DNA of 64,000 nucleotides from an uncultured Armatimonadetes bacterium (GTDB lineage Bacteria; Armatimonadota; Hebobacteria; Hebobacterales; Hebobacteraceae): NCBI GenBank assembly GCA_963716175.1, contig OY970296.1, positions 1,472,001 to 1,536,000 of the forward strand, read 5' to 3'. Shown piece by piece: positions 57,191 to 64,000 of this stretch (position 1 is its first letter; each line of letters starts with the position of its first letter). The notes under the pieces were generated by a model. It saw only the letters and a program-made list of their open reading frames with translations, ran no database searches and was not told where the DNA came from. The position numbers and the translations under genes were made by a program.

Positions 57191-57970
57191 ATGGCCGGGT
57201 CGGACGATGAGATGACGGCGATGCAGCCGCTGATCGGATACGGTTCCCTGGGGGAGGCGGCGGATACCATGCTGGCCGCCTCCCGCACGATGCTGGCGGC
57301 GGCCTCTGCCATCTCCTCCGGCGTCGGGGGCGGTGACGCGCGGGCGAGGGAGCTGACTGCGGAGGCGATCGAGTCAGGCTTCCTGCGCGCGCTGCGGCGG
57401 GAGAGCCTGCTGGCCGGCACGGGGACAACGGCCGCGCCCACCGCGGGGGTTGGGCTGCCGGCCGGGGGGGGCGTGGCCGGCACCGGCTATGGCCGCATGG
57501 GGGCCAGCATCACGGGCCAGGGCGCGCGCTCTCAGCTCTACGGGAGCATCGGCGGGGCGATCGGGTACGCGGTGGGAGGGCCGGTGGGCGCCTTGCTGGG
57601 CGGGATGCTGGGAGGTCTGATCGGGGACCAGGGTGAGGGTGAGGCGGCGCAGGCGCGGCAGGAGGCAGAGCTGCGCCGGCAGTGGCTCAACACTCCCGAG
57701 GGCTTCGAGATCCAGGCCTACCTCTACAGTCTGAGCCAGGGGCTTTATGGGGGCAGCGCGCTGGCCTGGCTGATGGCGCAGAGACAGGAAGCGCCGGCGG
57801 GGAGCGCTGGGCGCTTCGCACCGGTGATCGTGAACTTCCCGCCGGGCGCGGTGCAGATCGTGGGCCAGGATGCGGAGGCGGGGGCGCGGGCCGCGCGCGC
57901 TTTCGCAGGTGAGCTGGGGCGAGTGCTGCGGCTGAACAGCGTGGTAGTGCCTGCGGCCGGCGAAATCTGA
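57191..57970 (+). CDS. Very short tape-measure-like protein
   Basis: Gly/Ala-rich with 'IGGAIGYAVGGPVGALLGGMLGGLIG'; TMP position after the chaperones. Confidence 0.55.
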   Translation: MAGSDDEMTAMQPLIGYGSLGEAADTMLAASRTMLAAASAISSGVGGGDARARELTAEAIESGFLRALRRESLLAGTGTTAAPTAGVGLPAGGGVAGTGYGRMGASITGQGARSQLYGSIGGAIGYAVGGPVGALLGGMLGGLIGDQGEGEAAQARQEAELRRQWLNTPEGFEIQAYLYSLSQGLYGGSALAWLMAQRQEAPAGSAGRFAPVIVNFPPGAVQIVGQDAEAGARAARAFAGELGRVLRLNSVVVPAAGEI

Positions 57971-58209
57971 GCCGAGAGGCAGCGTGTTTTCGAGAGCCCT
58001 GGGTTGGCCGAATGCCGCGCTGCTGCCCTGCTGAGCCCTTCGGCTCTGCTCAGGGTAAACTCCGCGAAGCATCACGCCGTGAGCAGGACCGGAACGGCGG
58101 GATTCTTCCCCTTCGGTGCGCTCAGGGTCAGAATGACATCAGTGGCCGCCGCAGTCCTGGCGGTCACACCCTCCTCTTTCGCCGCGCGCTAATGGAGAGA
58201 CGATAACCG

Positions 58210-60960
58210 ATGGCCACTTCTCCCATGCGAGGGACGCATTTCCAATGGTTCCAGGATGATGCGCCGCCGGCGAGCAACTCGCCGCTGCGCGGGGAAGACA
58301 GCAATCTCCCGGCGGTGGACCCGGGTGCTCATTGCCTGCTCCGCGTGCAGTCCCAGCACACCGGCGACCACTGCTTCTCCGTGTCCCGGCAGCTCCAGTA
58401 CCGGCGGGTCGGCAGCAACCAATGGTGGCCGGTGGGCGCCTTCACGGTGCCGCCATACGATGCGCCTATCTTCCATCCCAGCACCTGGTTCACCGATGGG
58501 GCGAGCATCGCCACCCAGCGCCTCTCGCTACCCACGGGCGCGAACAGCGGCAACTTCGCCGGTGGGCAGGCGAAGCAGAGCGATGTGGAGACCGATCCCC
58601 AGGTCTACGACGCGCAGGATTTCACGGAGGAGCTCTGGTCGCTGGCAGTCCACCAGCAGGCGCCGCCGGGGCTGGACCTGGAGTTCCGGGTCACCAGGTC
58701 CGGCCAGCCCTATGAGCGCTACCAGCGCTATCCGCGACTCACGGTGGAGGGCTATCAGCCCAGCGAGATGGATGTGAAGGCGAATCAGCTCTTCGCCGAC
58801 AGCGTGCCGCTGGCGGAACTCGAATATCGCCGCGACAACACCTGGTGGGACCTGTCCGACCGGCTGCTCTTTCCCTTCACCATCACTCGCCGCCTGCGGG
58901 CGGTGACCACGGCAGATCTCACCCTGGACAATGCGGACGGGATGCTGGCCCGCGATAACCTGGTGAGCAGTTGGAACTACGATGTGAGCAGCCATTGTGA
59001 TCCCCTGCTGGACGAAGGCCGGGTGATCCGGCTGCGGCAAGGGGTGGAGCTGCATCCTAACCTCGCCTATGGGCTGAGCTATGCCTGCAGCCCCGCGCCC
59101 ACCAGACCCAGCTCCCTGCGGGGGACCGAGCTGACAGATGGCGGCTTCGGCCAGCCTGGCAATGAGCACGATGACGCCTGGGTGGGTTGGCAAGGCGCGG
59201 CGGCGACGGTGACCTTCAGCCTGGCCCCGGCGCGGGACGTCCATTCGGTGGCGGTGAGCCTGCTGAGCCGGGCGGCGGCCGGGGTGCTGCTGCCGAGTTC
59301 GGCCTCGGTGACGCTGATCGGGAGCGCAGGCAGCTACACCGCGCCGCTGGAACTGGGGCATCTGCGAGACGATCCCGCGGGCCGGCGTCACTATCTGCAC
59401 GGCCTCGATCTACACCAGCGGGCGGTGTGCCGGGTGGTGTTGAGCTTCTGCCCGCAGTCGCCGCAGGCCTGGGTGTGCCTGGATGAGGTTGCCCTCTACG
59501 ACGCCTCCACCACCGTGGATTGGCTGAAGACCACTTTCACCGGCATCCTGGGCGACGAGATCACGCAGCAGGCGACGGATGGCTCATCGGTGGAGCTGGC
59601 CCAGGTCCGTGATATGAGCAAGCTGCTGGCCGATCTGTTCATCGAGGTGTTCGACCACTACGAGGAGCAGTCGGTCGAGGCGATCGTGGCGGACCTGCTG
59701 GCCAACCCCGAGTACGAGGCGGCGTTGGCGAGCGAAGACCTGGCGCTGGACACTACCGGTTTCGTGCTGCCGAAGTGGACGGAGCAGAACGTCAACTTGC
59801 TGGACGCCTGCGCGGAACTGGCGAAGATGATCGGCTGGACCTTCGAGGCGGATGAGGATGGTGTCTACACCTTCCACGACCTGGAGTGGACGGTCCAGAC
59901 CGGAGAAGAGACCTACCTGGCGGGCCGCGATCTGCTGGGCTGGGCGCCGTCGGTCTCCGGCCTCAACCTGCGCAACCGCATCAGCGTGAAGAGTCGGGAC
60001 GCGCGCAACCACGACATCTCCGTCACCGTGGCGGACGAGGAGAGCATTGCCCGCTATGGGCCGCGGTTGTTCACGGTGTTCGAGCCTACGATGCGGACGG
60101 CGCGGCTGGCGCGGCAGTTGGCGAACGCCATCCGGCGCGACTATAGCTGGGTGCAGCCCATGGGCTCCGGGGTGGTGATCGGCGATGTGTTCATGCGGCC
60201 GGGGCGGGTGGTGAGCGTGGTGCACAGCGGCTCCACCCATTCCGGGCCGGAGCGGCTCTACCGGGTGGAGGCGGTGACGCACCGCCAGACCGGACACCGG
60301 CACGGGGCTCACACTATGACCCTGGAGCTGCGCGGCTATCGTCACCGCCTCCCTACCGCACCGGACAGCCTGGTGGCCCACCCCATGGACAGCGCAGTCT
60401 CGCTGGACTGGGCCCCGCAACCGGAGGAACCGGCCATTGCCGGCTATCGCGTGTTCCAGGCCGCGACGGTGACCGGGACTTACACCCAGGCGGCGAGTGT
60501 GGCCGCGCCGCCGGCCTGGGTGGGCAGCCTGACCAACGCGCAGACTTACTGGTTCAAGGCCGCTGGCTACACCACCGGGGAGGTGCTGGGTGAGTTCGCG
60601 GGCCCGGTCCCGTGCGCGCCCCAGAGCGGGGGGCTGCCCACACAGGCGGAGGCGGCCTGGCAGCCGCAGAGCTTAACCGCGGAACTGGCGCCGATCTGGG
60701 GGATCGCCCGGCCTCTGCTCACCTGGTATCCGCGGATCCCGGCGCCCGAGGACACCTGCTACCACATCTACCGCTCACAAGTGAGCACCGGCCCCTTCGC
60801 CCTCGTCGCCACACGAACGCAGCCCGGATCGCAGCCGGTGACGTGGGTTGACTACGTGGGGCCATACCTGTCGGGCCATGTCTACTATGAGGTCACGTTC
60901 TATGCGCCCGGCAGCGATTTCGAGAGCTGGCCCAGCTCGATGGCGAGCGTGAGCCTGTAG
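58210..60960 (+). CDS. Tail hub/tip protein with discoidin-like and fibronectin-III domains
   Basis: 'LTLDNADG', 'ELTDG', 'DEESIARYG', FN3 'VSLDW...GYRVF...LTN..TYWFK'. Confidence 0.7.
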   Translation: MATSPMRGTHFQWFQDDAPPASNSPLRGEDSNLPAVDPGAHCLLRVQSQHTGDHCFSVSRQLQYRRVGSNQWWPVGAFTVPPYDAPIFHPSTWFTDGASIATQRLSLPTGANSGNFAGGQAKQSDVETDPQVYDAQDFTEELWSLAVHQQAPPGLDLEFRVTRSGQPYERYQRYPRLTVEGYQPSEMDVKANQLFADSVPLAELEYRRDNTWWDLSDRLLFPFTITRRLRAVTTADLTLDNADGMLARDNLVSSWNYDVSSHCDPLLDEGRVIRLRQGVELHPNLAYGLSYACSPAPTRPSSLRGTELTDGGFGQPGNEHDDAWVGWQGAAATVTFSLAPARDVHSVAVSLLSRAAAGVLLPSSASVTLIGSAGSYTAPLELGHLRDDPAGRRHYLHGLDLHQRAVCRVVLSFCPQSPQAWVCLDEVALYDASTTVDWLKTTFTGILGDEITQQATDGSSVELAQVRDMSKLLADLFIEVFDHYEEQSVEAIVADLLANPEYEAALASEDLALDTTGFVLPKWTEQNVNLLDACAELAKMIGWTFEADEDGVYTFHDLEWTVQTGEETYLAGRDLLGWAPSVSGLNLRNRISVKSRDARNHDISVTVADEESIARYGPRLFTVFEPTMRTARLARQLANAIRRDYSWVQPMGSGVVIGDVFMRPGRVVSVVHSGSTHSGPERLYRVEAVTHRQTGHRHGAHTMTLELRGYRHRLPTAPDSLVAHPMDSAVSLDWAPQPEEPAIAGYRVFQAATVTGTYTQAASVAAPPAWVGSLTNAQTYWFKAAGYTTGEVLGEFAGPVPCAPQSGGLPTQAEAAWQPQSLTAELAPIWGIARPLLTWYPRIPAPEDTCYHIYRSQVSTGPFALVATRTQPGSQPVTWVDYVGPYLSGHVYYEVTFYAPGSDFESWPSSMASVSL

Positions 60961-61052
60961 GGGAACGGCCTGTCCGCAGATTGCGCAGATGGATGCAGAA
61001 CGGCAGGGCGCCTGCGGCGCCCTGCCCTATCGCGCTTGGGAACGGGACAATC

Positions 61053-62681
61053 ATGACTCCAGACTTGCGTCCGGCGCTGCGGCCGGATCTCTTCGGGCAA
61101 TTGGCGGCGACCGATCCCTATCAGCGCCGGGCGCGGCGGCTGTTCGAGCGCGGGCAGGTGATCGCGGTCTACGGCAACGAGGCCGACCTGCGGGTGGGCC
61201 TGGATGCGCGGGGCAATGCGCTCGCCCTGAAGCGAGTGCCGATCGTGTCCGGCTACGTGCCCCAGGTCGGGGATTGGGTGGCGATCCAGTATGAAGCCGG
61301 CCACTCCGGGGCGCCCTGGGTCACCGGGCCCAGCATGGCCGATGATGCCTGCGCCGACCCGGCCGGGATCGGGGTGTTCTCGGTCTCGGCCTCCGCGCCC
61401 AGCACCCCGGCGAAGAGCACGATCTACTTCGACGATAGCCTCGCCGCCTGGCGGGGTTGGGACGGCTCGGCCTGGGTGGACTTCTTCGCCAAGCTGCACA
61501 ACACGCTGCCCGATCTGCAAGGCGGGGCCGGCGGCCAGTACTATCACTTCAGCGCGGCCGAGCACGACGGTCTGCAGGATTTCTGCGATGGCAGCGCGCT
61601 GGCCTCGGGCTGGCTGAAACAACTGAAGTTCAAGGCGATTGACGCCAGCGCCACCAGCCGGACCCGGCTGTTCGAGAAGGACGGGGATTTCTTCTGGGCG
61701 ATCAATGCCGAGTACGATCCCGCCCTCGACCAATGGAACCGCGTCGACACCGCCAAGTACGCTTACCTGGTCGGCCTCTACTCGAAGAACGGCATCCCCC
61801 ATGAGCCGGGGGGCTTGGGCGGGGTGGCCTGGTGGCGGTGCGTGGACGGGGCCAACCCCATCGGGGATTACACCGCGGTCGGGGGTTGGGAACTCGGGTT
61901 CATGATGACTATGCACCGCAATTTCGTGGGCGGTGGCATGAACTGGGAGCTGGACGGCTCGGGCTCGCCGCCCTATGGGCGCTTCTCCCAGTCCGGCCAC
62001 GAGGACCCGGACTGCTTCACCGGGCTGATGCGCAACATCTGGTACGAGGGCAACCCCACGCTGACGCCGGGGGCAGGCTCGTGGGGCCGGGATACCACCG
62101 ACCACGATGGTTACTTCACGGGGATAGTGGACGGAGTCGGCTTCATCTGGCGGCGCAAAGCGGCCGGAGCGGGGTCGTTTCCTACCAGCGCCTGGTCTGA
62201 GGTGGCGCGGCTGACGGCGGCCGGGGTGCTCAGCATCGCCGGAGCCAGCATGAGCTTCGCTGGCAACGCCCTGGCGGTGGAGGCGGCGAGCGCCATCAAC
62301 CAGGACTTGACCTCGGACGCGGCGCCGACTTTCGCCGGCCTATATACAAGTGGGACTATCCGGCCGACAGTAGGCGCTTCGCCGAACCTTGGGGCAAGCA
62401 GCGTGGAGTTCACCGTTGCCTACTACGGGCGCTGGGCCACTGGGGTCGCTGCCTCCTACTTGGATCACTCTGGCATTCTGTACTTCCGTGATCCGGAGGC
62501 CTCGTTTGTTACCCGCGGTACCTACAACAGTGCCACGGGCAACTTCTACATGAGCGGTCAAGGCCGGTTCGGGTCGCTGCGGATAGACCAGGCGCCGGCC
62601 GCAGGGACCATCACCCCGGACAAGACGATCACGATTAGCTGCAACGGCGTGGACTACAAGATCGCAGTGAAGGCGGCATGA
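61053..62681 (+). CDS. Tail spike/fiber protein
   Basis: N-terminal OB-like 'VPIVSGYVPQVGDWV'; 'HNTLPDLQGG...YYH' fiber motif; divergent C-terminus. Confidence 0.6.
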   Translation: MTPDLRPALRPDLFGQLAATDPYQRRARRLFERGQVIAVYGNEADLRVGLDARGNALALKRVPIVSGYVPQVGDWVAIQYEAGHSGAPWVTGPSMADDACADPAGIGVFSVSASAPSTPAKSTIYFDDSLAAWRGWDGSAWVDFFAKLHNTLPDLQGGAGGQYYHFSAAEHDGLQDFCDGSALASGWLKQLKFKAIDASATSRTRLFEKDGDFFWAINAEYDPALDQWNRVDTAKYAYLVGLYSKNGIPHEPGGLGGVAWWRCVDGANPIGDYTAVGGWELGFMMTMHRNFVGGGMNWELDGSGSPPYGRFSQSGHEDPDCFTGLMRNIWYEGNPTLTPGAGSWGRDTTDHDGYFTGIVDGVGFIWRRKAAGAGSFPTSAWSEVARLTAAGVLSIAGASMSFAGNALAVEAASAINQDLTSDAAPTFAGLYTSGTIRPTVGASPNLGASSVEFTVAYYGRWATGVAASYLDHSGILYFRDPEASFVTRGTYNSATGNFYMSGQGRFGSLRIDQAPAAGTITPDKTITISCNGVDYKIAVKAA

Positions 62682-62682
62682 G

Positions 62683-62898
62683 ATGGCAATCACCGAAGCC
62701 CAGCGCGCCTGGGCCAGCAACCGCGTCACCGCGCTGTCCGAGCTGGACGCGAAGCTGCGTGCCGGGATGGCCCACCTGAGTGACCTGCTCGGCATGGGCG
62801 ACCGGCCCTACGTCACCATTGACGCGGCCCAGGTCCAGCAGTTGTGGGCCGCCTACCGGCAGGCGATCGCAGATGCGGCCAACGCTCTGCCCGGCTAG
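62683..62898 (+). CDS. Hypothetical phage protein
   Basis: 71 aa, coupled to the fiber gene. Confidence 0.55.
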   Translation: MAITEAQRAWASNRVTALSELDAKLRAGMAHLSDLLGMGDRPYVTIDAAQVQQLWAAYRQAIADAANALPG

Positions 62899-62915
62899 GC
62901 CGCAAGGAGCGGAGC

Positions 62916-63167
62916 ATGACGACAGAGGGCCCCAAGTCGGAGACGACGATCACGGATGATGAGCTGCAGGTCATGGCCAGGGAACGATTCCAGGGCCGGG
63001 TGGAACGGGTACTGGCGGTGATGCGGGAGGAGCGCATTGACTGGAGGGGGATTGCGTTCATCGCCCCGGACGGCCGGATTGGGGTGCGAGTGATGCCAGT
63101 GGACCTGTCCGCCGGTTTGCCCGCCGGCCTGGCGGCGGGCCGTGTGGCGGAGATGGGACAGCCATGA
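62916..63167 (+). CDS. Hypothetical phage protein
   Basis: AAGGAG RBS; overlaps the next gene. Confidence 0.55.
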   Translation: MTTEGPKSETTITDDELQVMARERFQGRVERVLAVMREERIDWRGIAFIAPDGRIGVRVMPVDLSAGLPAGLAAGRVAEMGQP

Positions 63168-63532
63168 TGGGCACGGCCTTGGATGCTCTCAATGTGCTGA
63201 AGGAGTACGGCCTCGCCGGGGTGCTGGCCTGGCTTTTCTGGTGGACCTTGCGGCGGATGATGGCCTCCCACGATGCCACCGTGCGGAGTCTGAAGGAGCA
63301 GATCGGGGACCACCTGGAGGCGGCGCGCGTGGTGGGAGAGAGCTTCTCGGAGGTGGTGCAGAACCACCTCAGCCATGCCACCGAGGTGCTGGCGCGCCTG
63401 GACGGCTCGCTGAGCCGGTATGTGGAGGAGCAGCGGCCCTGGCAGGACCGCCTGGTCTCCACTCTGGTCAAGATCGAGTCCCATCTGGCGTCAGGAGGCA
63501 AAGGCGATGGTGCGCGGCCAGGAGTGGGTTGA
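63164..63532 (+). CDS. Putative holin (single TM plus coiled coil)
   Basis: 'EYGLAGVLAWLFWWTL' TM segment; directly before the endolysin. Confidence 0.6.
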   Translation: MMGTALDALNVLKEYGLAGVLAWLFWWTLRRMMASHDATVRSLKEQIGDHLEAARVVGESFSEVVQNHLSHATEVLARLDGSLSRYVEEQRPWQDRLVSTLVKIESHLASGGKGDGARPGVG

Positions 63533-64000
63533 GCAGACCTTCGGGCGCTTCGGGTGGCAGGAGGATGCCGGCCAACGGGGCGCGATCAAGATCCTGGGTG
63601 ACTGGGAGCGCCAGAACATCGTGTCTCTGGCGCCGCCGTTCGCGCTGCGCGACGGCCGCGGCCGGCCCATTTCTGCGATCAGATGTCACCGGCTGGCGGC
63701 GCCGGCCTTGCAGCGGGCGCTGGCCGACCTGGCGGAGCGCAGCCTGGGCCACCTGATCAACACCTTCGATGGGTGCTTCGAGGCCCGGCATCAGCAGTGG
63801 AACCCAAAGCATTCCCTGTCGCGACACAGTTGGGGGATCGCGGTGGATGTCAACGCGCGCCTGTTCCCGTATGGCTCGAAAGCGCGCCAGGACGAGCGGC
63901 TGATTGCGGCCTTCGCGCGCCAGGGGTTCACCTGGGGCGGCGATTGGCGCGAGCCGGACCCGATGCACTTCGAGATCGTGGACCTGGCGCAGCCGGCGCG
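63507..64000 (+). CDS. M15 family peptidase endolysin (runs off the window)
   Basis: Translated by hand: 'CHRLAA...FDGCF..R...SRHSWGIAVDVN...WGGDW...DPMHFE'; AGGAGG RBS. Confidence 0.9.
   Translation, partial: MVRGQEWVEQTFGRFGWQEDAGQRGAIKILGDWERQNIVSLAPPFALRDGRGRPISAIRCHRLAAPALQRALADLAERSLGHLINTFDGCFEARHQQWNPKHSLSRHSWGIAVDVNARLFPYGSKARQDERLIAAFARQGFTWGGDWREPDPMHFEIVDLAQPA

Larger units (their letters stand above)
50506..58140. repeat. Dispersed REP-like palindromes across the virion operon
   Basis: GGCGGGCAT-n-ATGCCCGCC(CTAC) near 50506, 52702, 53780, 54611 and 57152; GGCAGGAGC-nn-GCTCCTGCC-type near 50543, 52755 and 56151; doublet at 51546-51598; ATCCGCAGAT(T)-CGCAGAT motifs near 51480 and 57067 (also near 5278 and 60973). 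Confidence 0.7.

Noticed and set aside
1-64000. tRNA or rRNA genes, and tRNA-type integration sites
   Set aside because: None recognised by eye; the integration site is within a protein-coding gene

Overview
High-GC bacterial chromosome segment with three parts. (1) 1-3.1 kb: a hicBA toxin-antitoxin pair and a TIR/NB-ARC/TPR (NLR-like) gene. (2) A tailed-phage virion operon on the + strand: TerS, TerL, portal, scaffold and major capsid, then head-tail adaptor, terminator, tail tube, chaperone with a programmed -1 frameshift, very short tape measure, tail proteins, holin and M15 endolysin. It shows no replication or lysogeny genes in the window and is interspersed with REP-like palindromes and non-phage genes, so it may be a domesticated or GTA-like cluster. 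(3) A ~41.6 kb element (8873-50468) inserted 11 codons before the end of the major capsid gene. It is bounded by a CGGAACG core, and the reconstructed attP is an imperfect inverted repeat. The missing capsid C-terminus (RNENAHGLLQGLA*) lies in frame just beyond the right junction, so precise excision would rebuild the gene's 3' end. The element encodes a large serine recombinase at attL, an Xis-like HTH, a DnaB-N/AAA_25 helicase followed by an iteron array, and its own TerS-like gene, which is a phage-satellite (PICI-like) toolkit. It also carries envelope-protein cargo, an IS21, and defence loci: type III RM, GmrSD-like, Mrr_N, an ABC-3C/Lamassu-like nitrilase+SMC pair, and an uncharacterised HD-CE/ParA/HD operon. 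All family assignments come from motif recognition by eye; no database searches were run.
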